Assembly: GCF_009914755.1 (NCBI RefSeq)
Contig: NC_060945.1
Source: the human T2T-CHM13v2.0 reference genome, Homo sapiens
DNA length: 64,000 nucleotides
Strand: one strand, 5' to 3'
In this document: positions 15,127-29,760 of the stretch, piece by piece
Layout of the letters: each line of letters opens with the position of its first letter
Position numbering within the stretch: the first letter of the stretch is position 1
Notes under the pieces: generated by a model
The model's input: only the letters and a program-made list of their open reading frames with translations
Database searches by the model: none
Told to the model about the DNA's origin: nothing
Program-made: the position numbers and the translations under genes

Positions 15127-15580
15127 GATATATATATATCTATATCATATATATCTTATATAGATATCTATATATCTTATATAGATATCTATATATCTTA
15201 TATAGATATCTATATATCTTATATAGATATCTATATATCTTATATCGATATCTATATATCTTATATAGATATCGATATATCTTATATCGATATCTATATA
15301 TCTTATATCGATATCTATATATCTTATATCGATATCTATATATCTTATATAGATATCGATATCTATATATCTTATATAGATATCGATATCTATATATCTT
15401 ATATAGATATCGATATCTATATATCTTATATAGATATCGATATCTATATATCTTAGATATCGATATCTATATATCTTATATAGATATCGATATCTATATA
15501 TCTTATATAGATATCTATATATCATATATATCATATATATCTTATATAGATATCTATATATCATATATATGATATATATA
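15127..15580. repeat. AT-rich self-complementary minisatellite with 21-nt and 27-nt units
   Basis: Unit TATATAGATATCTATATATCT and variant TATATAGATATCGATATCTATATATCT. Confidence 0.95.
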
Positions 15581-15714
15581 AAGGATTACATGCAGGCATG
15601 AACGAGCTACAGATATTTCCTGAGCAATTGAGTTGCCAGATAAAAATATGCACATGTTGAAAGCTGCATATAAGAGAAAAGAAGAGCCCCCTAAAGAGAA
15701 GACATCTAACCTGA

Positions 15715-15920
15715 CGTTATGAGCTGAATTTCCCCCTTCCTCAAAAATTTATGTTAATGTCCTAACCTGCAGTACCTCGGGATGTGACTTTATTTGGAAA
15801 TAGGGTCAGTCACTGCAGATGTAATATCTTAAGATGAACTCATACTTGGATAGTGTGTGCCCCTAATCCAATGTGACCGGTGTGTCCTTATAAAAAGGGA
15901 AAATTTAGATAGAGACATGG
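15715..15920 (+). mobile_element. MLT1 LTR 5' part
   Basis: gtcctaacctgcagtacctcgggatgtgactttatttggaaatagggtc ... ccctaatccaatgtgaccgg. Confidence 0.75.
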
Positions 15921-15984
15921 ATATTAACATGAATCCTAATCAGAGCCAACAGGTTCTAGGTGGAGGCTACCACTGCTTTCGGCA

Positions 15985-16115
15985 TTATTTATGTTATGAC
16001 ACATTTAGTTCTTACAATGACCCCAAGAGGAAGATACTGTTATTCCCATTTTTCAGATGAGAAAATTGAGAAACAGAGAAGTTCAGGGACTTGCCCCAGT
16101 TTATACAACTAGAAG
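15985..16115 (-). mobile_element. MIR fragment
   Basis: cccatttttcagatgagaaaattgagaaacagagaagttcagggacttgccc. Confidence 0.75.
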
Positions 16116-16899
16116 TATCTGTGCCAGGATGGTGCCCTGGCTTGCTGGCTCATGCCCTCACGCAAATCGCTCCCCTGGGTTTGGGCCATGGCACAAGTGT
16201 GAGACGGCAAGGCATGGGCAAGCGGAGGTACAACCAGAGTGGGGCAGAAGCCATGAGCACAGAAAGAAATTTAACCTAAAGGTTCAACAGAGCTGGGGTG
16301 AGGAGAAGAAGATGCCAGGTATTGATTCTGAGGGACCTATGGGGTTGGGGTGGCCTTGGTAGAACAAAGGAGTTGGGGTAGGGGAGATTCTGTTTCAGAA
16401 AAGATAAGAGCTCAGCTGTGAGCATGCTGAGTCAGTTAAAATCAAAAAAGTCAAGCTGCAGACAGGGCGTTGGAGACCAAACTATGCTTGTTGAGGAGAA
16501 GCCCTTCATGAGAACTGAAGTTTAGTAACTCCCCAGGAAGGGGAGTGAAGGAAGGCGAGTGAAGGAAGAAGGCCAAGAAAAGACCCAGGAAAGGAGTGAG
16601 AGGAGGCATGGAGGACACAAGCCAGTGTGGCGCTAAGAAAGCCAGGGGAGGAGAGGACTTCTAAAGGATGCTGCAAAGGGCCTCAGCTCCCTGCCTTCCT
16701 ATTGCCATAGCCTTGAGTACATATACAACCTGTACAAAGGGGCAATATTGCCTTTTTGGGAAAATCATGATATTAAATAAGAACATCCATGTAAGAACCT
16801 GACAGAGAAAAGCACTTTAGAGTAGCTCTAATCTGTAATAAAATATGATAAAATATTCTTGCTGAACCAATAAAAATATTAAGTGTCTAAGAGCTAGAA

Positions 16900-18130
<1,231 letters not shown>

Positions 18131-19614
18131 AAAGATGTCAGTGGGTGGTGAGCATATGGACACAGTAGACGTAAACCAAACCCATGTAACACACAACATA
18201 GAAGGAGATAAATTTAGGATGATGTTGCTGTCGGGAGTAGATGCGTCAAAGAGGGCTTTTATTATGCTTGCTTTTCAAGCTGGTCGCTACCTGGACTTGC
18301 CTAAAAGCAGAAGGGGAGACTTTCAATATTCACCCTGGTCTTTGTATTCCCTCCCCTCCAAATACCTCACACAAAAGTTGAATCTGCCATGTAGCTGATC
18401 TCTGTCTCTTCCTGAACTTCTGTGATAATTCCCCATTTCACACATAATTGCATCAGTCCAGTTGATTTGGGTGTCAGAGCTGCCTCCTCAAAATGGCAGT
18501 TGCCTCTCTGAAGACAAAGGGATCCTCTTGTTTGCCCCACTTACCTGCTGCCCCCAAAGGTTTGCACAGTGCTAAATTAAGTGACTGTTTAGAAGATATA
18601 CATACTTCGAGTTTTTTTCTAAAAATAGGATCAGTAAAATAAGGGATCATATTGAGGGGGCAGAGCTCTCACCATATCATTTTATTTAACCTTCTTTGGA
18701 GCCTATTATGTTTATGAGAGTATCATCAAGATATCCAAGAAATAATGAAGCCCCAGCGTGGATCTTGAGCCGCCTGGAAGAAATCATTTGGCTAGAAATA
18801 ACACCATCACATGGGGCATGAGGAATAAGCTTACAATTCTGCTGGATCCAGTATGTAAGGAGAGATTTGGTGTACATATTTTAAATTCTCTCAAAGCAAT
18901 TTCACTAAGACATTTCTTTTATGTAAATAAAATTCTCTCAGTGAAATTCTCCTGCAGTTAAATGAGGCTCAATTATACACTACTAATTTAAGCCTGCATA
19001 CTGCATTCCAACTGTATACCTAATTACCCTATTTAGTTTGTTAATGATCAGATCTTTGTGCAGATATTCAAGTCTGTCACTAATCTTTGCTCTAGTTAGA
19101 TTTCTAGTTGTTTAAAATAATGAATCCTTAGAAAGAATATAATTGTATAATTCCTTTACTTTTAAATGAATCACTTCAAGAATTTTTTATTAAAGAACCA
19201 AAGAAGCTCGTAAAACTTATAAATTGTATTTATTTATTTATACGATGAACAAGATGGTTTTGGCCACTGACATTTGAAAGCAAATATTTCAGTTGGGAAC
19301 ACAGACAAAAAGAGTACATTGACAAAGAAAATAAATCCACTCTCATAAATGCATTTACATGAATTGAGAAACAGAAGTTGACTCTAGTAAAGAGAAGAGC
19401 TGTTTAGATGGTGGGGGTTTGGAGTGGGGTGTGTATGTAAGGATTTCTGAGGACGTGCACTTCAGCAGAGCCACAGAAGGTAGGAAGATAAGAAGGGATT
19501 ATTCATGGATAAGTAGAGCTAAGAACAAGGTTAAAGGAAAAGTATGTTTGAGGCGGGAAAAACTGTGGCATATCCAAGGAACTGACACAGGATATGGTTT
19601 GAAAATAGAACTGA

Positions 19615-20119
<505 letters not shown>

Positions 20120-20585
20120 TTATAGAGATATGGAAAGGGGAAGGAAGAGAATGCTATTGGATGTGCTCGTTGTATCAGGCGGACTCATGTTTAGAAGAGG
20201 TACATCAGCATTATTTACTGTCCCACAAGATTTCTGCATTTTGGGGCTGGAAGGGAATGTGTATTTCAGGTTGACTGTCTGTTCCAGTTGTGGGTGCACA
20301 ATACAGTGCTGATTAAAAAGCAACACATACAAAAAGGAAAAAATAAGTGAAGGAAGGTCAGAGCACGGCACTTCAACCCACAGTGACTATGCTTACCTGG
20401 TCTGTGTTAGCAACCCAAAAGGAATTTAAGACACTGGGCTTATTGGCAAAACACATTGAAAATTAACTGTAAAGTTTGTCTACCTGATACAGATGGCATA
20501 GGATTATGGGAAAGAATCTGGAAAAATAGGAACCACCATAAAGAATGAAACTAACACTATGTTGTGGCCACTTAATATTATGGGA

Positions 20586-20886
20586 TAATGGTTTTTCACA
20601 CTTTGGGTTCACCTACTAATAGGTTGTGAAATCAGTTTCATGGATTGCAGCTTTACTTTTTAAAAAAATGAAATAAAAGAGCATAGAATGTATCAGTGTG
20701 TATCAAATAGTGGTGATAAATATTCTGCAGCTTGTTTCAGTACACCTGTGCATACATAAAGTTATGTGTGTGTTTGTATATTTATGTGTGTATTTATGTG
20801 TATGCATTACTGAGTTCTAAGATAAAATGTCTTTATTCTATGTATCTCTTACTGTGAGTCAGAGCAAAAAATGTTTGAAGAGCCTT
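20586..20886. mobile_element. hAT-Charlie-type non-autonomous DNA element (subfamily uncertain)
   Basis: Degenerate ends tggtttttcacactttggg ... cttactgtgagtcagagcaaaaaatgtttgaagagcc. Confidence 0.5.
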
Positions 20887-21753
20887 TTTCAACATCTTAG
20901 TGATGGAATTGTTACTTTTCTGACTAGGCTTCCGTTTCAAAGCAAGGCTAATCGTCTTTTAGCATCAGCTGGTATACCTTGGATTCTTAAAGTTCTCTCT
21001 TTAAATATTTCTGCATTTTAAATTAAAGATTCCTGCTTTAGCAAGTCCCCTAGTTCTTATTCCTGGTAGGGGGACTCTTCACCTGTTCAGGGCTCCTCAC
21101 CAAGACCTAGCAGCCGCCTTGGTCCTCATCTCCTTTGCCTCATCCTGACATTCAGGCCAATTCTATGTCCTATCAGTTCTATTTTCAAAGTATATCTTGT
21201 ATCATTTCCTTGGACATGACACATTTTTTCCCACCTCAAACACATGCTTTGAGACCAGCAAGTCTATAAGGCCATAGGCTTGGTTGCATTTATAATGGGA
21301 ATAGCAGAGAAAGCAGTTTATTTTTTTAAAACTGCAACATCATTTGAAGGTCTTGGATTACATTTGTTTCCCAATGACACGTGATGATGTCAAAGGAAAC
21401 TATAATGAGTTTACTGAGCTATCCATACAAATGTACATGCAAATATGTATACTTACAAGAACACGCAAGGGTAGAAACCATGTCAGATGCGGTCCCTCGT
21501 GTCACTCCCACTCCACTGCCTTTTGGTTTCAAATAGTCTGACCCCATGAGAATCTTTGAGACTGTCTTTCATGTCACAGAGCCTTGCACTGTGAGAGTAA
21601 CTCAATTCCCTAAATGACTTCCCCAGATCTAGCTTATCACAAACTCCATTGCCTTGCAATAACCTTTGTAACAAAATGGTATTAATAAAATCATGTAGCA
21701 ACTGCCCATCATATGCAGACCTAGTAATGGAATCCAAGTTACCTAAAAGGCTA

Positions 21754-22361
<608 letters not shown>

Positions 22362-23159
22362 TTATCCACTCACTGACTTAGGTGCCTCCACTAGAATTCT
22401 CAGCAGGTTTTTGCAGAAGTAAGTTATCTTCACTATTGCTCTAACACTTCTTAGTCTCCTTTTTCTTTCTTTTCTTTTTTTTTAGACAAAGGAAAAGTAA
22501 ACCGCTGGTTTAGAGTCTTTGGAAGGCAATTGTATCTGACTAGAATTTAATATTATTGTTTTTCTTTCATTGTATTGCATTTATCTGTATGGCTAGTTAA
22601 ACTGATTTTCCATTTAAAAGTAGTAATGCATTTTTTTATAATTACATTGTTTTAAGTAAACAAGAATTATTCAAAGGACAAAAACACTAGCACAGATGGC
22701 ATTCAATGATTGCAGATATCATAAAGATAGTTCATGAATGACAAAGATTTGAGAAGTACTGTGTTCACGATGCTTCCTGGAAGAGGTGGGTTATACAGTG
22801 TTTCTTAGAGAAAGGGATAGGGGTCTACTGCTAGGAGGGAAAGATGAAGCTACTTAGGGGGACTAGGAAACACGCAGTTGGCCTGCCCTCTGCTTGGAGA
22901 TCACAGCCAAGGAAACACAGGAGAGGCACCCCCTGGAGGAGCTCCGTGGGCTGCAGGGCTGACGTGGCCCAGGTAAGTGGGAGTTCAGGGAGGCCCACAG
23001 GTTGGTGCTAGGATAGTGGCAGATGATTTTCATTGTCAGACTGTGAGACAAAAGGTAGACATAAGGGAGGCAGAGGTGAAATCGGGATGGTTAAAACAGA
23101 GAATGCTGAGAGCAGAGCAAGGCAGTTGCTAAAGCTGTTACTAAAACTGGACAGCAGAA

Positions 23160-23460
<301 letters not shown>

Positions 23461-25321
23461 CAGGACAACAGAGATGGACGACGGATCGGGAAAGCCAACC
23501 AGACAGCGTGAGGCCAGGACGGAAAGAGGCACAGGGAGCTCTGCTCAGTGTCGCTACAGGGGATCTCTCAGGCTCACAACGGGCCACTCCTCTAGGGAAG
23601 TTCTGGTCTCATCATGATCCTTGTTTGGTCTCACTCCCCATGTCCTTCTCTGTCCCTCCTCCAACTGCCATTTATTTATTTAACTGAAAAAGTACCAATC
23701 ACCCACATAGGCATGACATACTCATCCATGTACCCATTTCTTAAAATTGATCATTGTTAACATTTGGTGTAATTTGCTTTATTTATTTTTAATGAAATAA
23801 ATAAAACTTTACAGAAAATGCTTTATTTTTCTCTTTGTTCCCTCCCCATCCTATATTTTTCTCCTAAAAAACCCTATTATCAGAAATATTAGTGTGTATT
23901 CCCAGTTTCGACTTTTTATTTTATTACACACACACTCCCACACATAGCTGTGACAATGAACTTCACATAGTATGGTTCTGTATTTTCTCTTTGTTTTTCA
24001 AACTTACATAAGTATTTTACTATTTCTCATGGAAAAACTCACTTTTCCCATCCAACGTTATGTTTCCTTAAGATCTCTCTATGTTGATATAAAGAAATCT
24101 AGCTCATTCTTTTTAATGAAAATAAAGTATATTTTATGAATGTAACTCATGCTAACCATGGCAATAAAAGCTCCATCAAGCATGCATTTAGTTCTGTATT
24201 TTGTTCAATGCTGTATTCCCAGTCCCTAGAACACATACAGAGTAGTGGTTCATTAAATGTTTGTCAAATGAATGAATCAATGAATCCACTCATTTCACTG
24301 CTGACAAGCAGTAAAACTGACGTCAATTTTGCACAAACTTTTACAAGATTCCTCGGCACCCACATAAGAGACGTACTAATACGTCTACCTAGAAATATAT
24401 GTATTGCATTGACAGAATTTGTGTTTTTGGTTTTGTGGGATTCTCTGAAATGCTATGTGACTTCTTAAGGGCTTGGCACATGCTGTAGGCTGTTAATGTG
24501 GCTGAGGGGTTTGGCTCTCACATGACCACTGCAGACAGGCTGTGTGCCACCTGCTCACTTTGTAAGCTTCTCGTCCCCCTCTGACAGCTCTTTGCAATGC
24601 TTTGTCTTTTCTTCAAAACTTTATATATATTTTTTTAAGAAGAAAAATCTGATAAGCCTTTGTCAGAAAAAAGTGGGTGAATTCTTCCAAGTAATAAAAT
24701 AATGCAAAGTATAAAATAAAGAGGATAAACCGATTCACAGCTAGGAATACAAGGTATCTTTGGCCAATGGGATTTTGCCTTCGTGCTTTCAAGCACAGTC
24801 ACTTTCTGTGCAAGGTTGTAAGTGTTCACCATGAGCTTTAGGTGGATCTAGCCCTGTAACAACAAATCACTAGTACCGCTGGATCAAGATTAGTGTACAT
24901 TTGTGTTTAAGCAATATCATGGTCCATTAATTACGTGCACTGCAATTTAATGGCCTTGCAGATCTTAACACTGTGCTTTTATTTCATTTTTGCCTAGGCC
25001 CGCCTCACCGCTAAATATAAATGGAATGAAGCACTTGAAAACAAAAAGTATAAAAATGTGTATATTTTTCATTGCAAAGCAATTCTTAATGGATTTTGTA
25101 AACTTTGCAAAATTAAAAGGAAAATACTGTCAGGACACTAAGCTTCTTCCCAGGTTTTCAGATTCCGAAGCTTTAGTTGAGGGCAGTTGAAGAACCTACA
25201 AGGCTGTTCCGGAGACCTTTGTGAATGTGAATGAACGCCCTTTGCTTCAAAGGCACCTGCCTGGTGCTGAGGAATCGGCCTTGGAGCCGCCGCCCACGCC
25301 GGGCCGCTGCGGGAGAACACT

Positions 25322-25340
25322 CGGTGCCCCCTGCTGGTCA
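25322..25340 (-). promoter_or_regulatory. CTCF core motif in a small CpG-rich patch
   Basis: Minus strand reads TGACCAGCAGGGGGCACCG, matching the CCASYAGRKGGCRS consensus. Confidence 0.7.
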
Positions 25341-26499
25341 GACCGAGGCCCCGCAGCGTGGCACAGAGAGCTCCACGGCACGCGTGGTGTGGGAACTGCA
25401 GGCTGAAAAACGCTCCCAGAAATGAAATAGTGAGTGCCCGTGGATCTGGCACCACCTTAACACTTCCTCGTTAATAACACATGATTTTTGCTTTATTAAC
25501 CTATAAGCACTTCCTATGTTTACACTTCTTGGGTTTTGATAGAAACTCGTGATCAGCAAAATTCTTTCAATGAAAATTTGTCAAATTACTTCTCCACTTA
25601 AAAGTGGAAACAGTGACGTTTTTCTTGAACTCCACGTTTATTTATATTATTTTTTAATTTCATTTTTGCTTTACAACCATCTAATGAATTTTCTTTAGAT
25701 AAAATTCCCTCTAGGATTTTAAGATAAAATTCCCTCTAGGATTAAGTTTTGGTCATTTCTCTCATGAAATGTATGTCAGATTACATTATTTGGAACCTTA
25801 TTTTTCCATTTTTTTTTCAGGTAGTTTAATATAGTCAGTGAATCAGCAGTGAGTTGTAGCAACTTCCATTTCTGACTATGTAAAAAACTAATTATTTTGA
25901 AAACTCTCCAGGTATAAGAAACTTAGACAAGCTGCATAAATCTAACATTGACTTAAATGAACAGCAGGTTTCTCAGGTAAGGAAAGCCCTCTGGGCTCTA
26001 TAAAGGAAGAGGGGGGGTGAATACCTAACAGCAAAGATCTTGTTGATACTACCTATAATTTCCCTGTGACATTTGCACATTTAGGGGGAAAAAACATAGT
26101 TTTAACAGCAATGAGGAAATGGAAGGCTGTTAGTCCTACACAAGTCCTACACAAGAGAAGTCTGCAGAAAAGTACAACTTCACTAAAAGATTGGACCTCC
26201 AAAAAAAAAAAAACAGCCTTTGCAAATACCCTTGCCTTCCTAGCCTAAGCTTTGTGTAGGGATTATGTCTAACCATAGTACTGGCCTTGCTCTGGTTTGG
26301 GATTTGTAGTCTCACTGTCTCCAGGGTCCAGTAGACCTCACTCTAGAAAATAACATATAGTGACTTCGCTTCTAAGGACATCTGGCAGAAGCAAAGACAA
26401 ATAAATCTTCCCTGGAGGAAGGAGCACTGAGAAATGTTTACAGATGAAGCTTGACTCCTCCCTTCCAATCTTGAGCTTCCAGTACCAAACCTCTAACAC

Positions 26500-27260
26500 A
26501 TTAGAGAACAATTTATCATAAAAAGGAGTCAGAAGAAGCAATAGAGGCCTCAGACAATGAAATAACTCGACAATGTTTACACAATAAGTATTTTAAATGT
26601 TGCAAAACTATAGAATTGAATTAAAAATAGGATAAGTGAATAAGAGTATATCATAAAAGATACAAATATTAGATAAACAATAAAATATTTGCAGAATGGG
26701 CAGAAATAAAACACATAACCCTTGACATAAATATTTATATTAGACACAGTTGGGAAAAATTAGTGAACAAGAAAATAAATCTACAGAAATTACTCAGAAT
26801 ATTTCCTAGAGAGAAAAAGAAACATATGGAAGAAAGAAAGATACATATGAAAGAAAGGTTAAGAGACTTGAAGGAGAGATAGAGGAAATCCACAGTTCAA
26901 GGAGAGGGTAGAAAAAAATGGCAGAAAAGCAATATTTGGGAAAACAATTTGGAAATTTCCCAGTATTGATAAGAACCGACAGTTTGCCAATAGCAGGCTT
27001 GCGCCTGGAACTAAAGGATGTGCTTCCAGAAAAGAAATTGTACTCAATAATGAGATGCAAAAAGAAGGGTGGAGAAAGAACGAGGTATGCGTGAGTAACC
27101 CTAAACAAATAATGACTGTATAAAGTGATAATAATGGCAAATATGATTGATATAAAAAGTTAGATGCCTCTAGAACACTGGAAGACAATTGCATTTCAGA
27201 TGGGAGGGAGATCACAGCAGATGGTATCATGAAGTCCTGTGTTTCTCGGTATGAGGTAGG
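26500..27260 (+). mobile_element. Very old L1/HAL1-like ORF1-region fragment
   Basis: A-rich with degenerate ORF1-like motifs (gaaagcaatatttgggaaaacaatttggaaatttcccag). Confidence 0.45.
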
Positions 27261-29324
27261 TCAGCGTGCTGTATTTGTGGGTGAAGAAAAGCAATCTCTT
27301 TAGTGCTTTTGACACTTTTCCACAAATTCCATTTCACCCACATCTTAACCTGGCAGGCATCTCTTTACTGTTTGAGAAACCAGACCTTGCTCTTTACAGT
27401 TTCCATAAGGCTGTCATGGTCATTACTCTATTTAATCTTCATAGGAAAATCACGGGAGTTAAGGCCATTTTAAACCCCCCCTCCTCCACTGATAAACCAG
27501 CTGTGTTCTTTGAAAATATTTGATACAACTCTAAGCACTGCAAACTTCACATTCTGGAAAGTGTGTTCAATCCTACTAAAACCTATTACAATCCATTCAA
27601 ATGCACATACCCTATTGGAGTAGGGTGGTATAAATTCACCACTCTGGGTAAGCAAATCTTGCTTTTTAATTTCATTCCCTGTATTTTCTCCCCACATTTT
27701 CCCACTTAGTAATTGTTTATAAATTCCAGGTAGAACATGCTCATTTCATGTTGGCTTTTCTTAGCAATTCTTACAGTAAATGTAGTGTACAGTGTAACTA
27801 CCCTGTGCCATTTAGAAATGGGTGGGATACAATATGGTAAGTTTACTCTTTCCCTCAATGTAATTCAACATGTATTTAATAAAAGTAGGATATTCCTGCA
27901 TAAAAGATGAATAGAAATCCCCCGTGTTTTAAGATAATTTGCTCTCTTCTTGAGAGTACAAAAGGGTTTTCTCCAATGTACATTTTGCTCATTTTTATAT
28001 CTTCTGATAAATTATTCTCATGTCATGCTGAGAAAACTTCACTTGTCATTTGAGCAAGGAAATCAAAAGTCATTATAAATGTCTAGCATTGAAACCATCT
28101 TTCTTTCATTTCCTGACATTAAATTTTAATTAGAGAATATTCTTTTAAATAGCCAATATTTTATGAAGAGAAATAACAAAAAAGAGGACCGTTAAAAAAC
28201 AGCTAATGTTCTAAAAAAGACATCTGATTAGTGGGCACCACTTCTTTCTGGCACATTCCAAAGATATCCACTGTATTTGGCCAGTACCACAATAGATTAT
28301 AGAAAATCTATGCTGAATTACCATAATAGGATTTTTATCATTAATACTGTCCAGGTATATTGATTAAATTATTTGTTAAATTCTCCAAATCATTTTAACC
28401 ATATGAACCAAGTTGACAAAGAGCTTACCATCTAAAACATAAAGTACATCAGAATCTGGATTTATCTGACTCAGGTTAATGAAAAGAGTGATAAACCACA
28501 CCCTAAACTCTTGTCTTTGAAAGAAGATATAGCCTGTTACCATCGCAGAATGGACAAGTACTCTCGAGAAATCTTCATGTACACTGGCCGACTTGTTTGC
28601 CTGCATTGCTTCCTACCCAATGGCCATGCCACGTGTTCATGCATCAAGGAAGAGAAAACTTAAGAACACAGATTTGGGAAGGATGCAAAAGTGAGAGAAC
28701 AGGTGTGGACGTGAGGACACGGGGAATAAATGAGAAAGAATGTATCCTAAGAGGACGTATTGTGTGGTCAGAGCTACAAGTCTGGGTGTTTCTTCTCATC
28801 AGGCATCATTGAGAATAAGCCTCCTTGGTCACCTGCTCATCCTGTGTCTATCCATTCCCCCACCACCCCACCCTGTCCCTTTCAAATCTCCTGGAGGGGG
28901 AGCTGCACGCATGGACAGGGTGGGGCAAGGGAGAGGCTGGAGCTGTCTCAGCTTCGTTTTGCTTAATCAAGCCTCCTTTGACTATGCTTGCCCAGTTGCA
29001 TGTGCAGTGGTATTCAGACCTGCTCAGCAGGTGGATGAGTCTGATCTTAGTATTCAATCAAAAACTACATTTTTGTTCTTTTGACTCTTCTTCACTGCAC
29101 AGGGGTAAAAAGTGTGGAGTCTATCAGTCAGCTGTTAGACAGCAACCATTTTAGATGGATCCGTAATAGCCAATCAAGAGATGACAATCTCCCTTTAAAA
29201 ACTGACAGGTACAAAAATAAGACCTGAATAATTCATGGAGAGAAGGTGGATAGCCTTGGGTTAGCTGATTGCTGATGCACCCTATTCCGTGCTGTGCTCT
29301 TGGCTTCACCTTCTGATGTGGCAT

Positions 29325-29760
29325 CCACATTATTTTCCCAGGGCTGCTGCAACAAAGTACTGCAAACCGGGTGGTTTAAATGATAGCAGGGTATTCTTTT
29401 CCATTTCTGGAGGCCAGCAGTATTATTGGCAGGTCCGTACCTACTCCAATGCCTCAAGGGAAGATCTTCCCTTCTCTCTCCCAGCTTCTGGTAGGCCTCA
29501 ATGACCCTGGATTATGGCAGCGTAATTCCAATCTCCACCTCTATCTTCACATGGCCATGTTCTCTCTGTGTTTAAGTTTTCCCTCTTCTTACAAAAACAC
29601 CAGTCATGTTGGATTAAGGGCCCATCCTACTCCAATACAACTTCATCTTAACTACTTATATCTTCAATGACCCTATTTCCAAATAAGGTCACATTCTGAG
29701 CCACTGGCGCATTAGAGCTTCAATATCATTTGAGGGGACACAATTGAATCTATTATAACA
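29325..29760 (-). mobile_element. MLT1B/C-type LTR
   Basis: accagtcatgttggattaagggcccatcc ... ctatttccaaataaggtcacattctgag ... ggggacacaattgaatctattataaca. Confidence 0.85.

Noticed and set aside
15085-15564. 123-aa and 139-aa repetitive ORFs (YIDIYIS / RYIDI) or a CRISPR-like array
   Set aside because: These are translations of a minisatellite with unit lengths divisible by 3. There are no unique spacers and no cas genes, and the context is eukaryotic.
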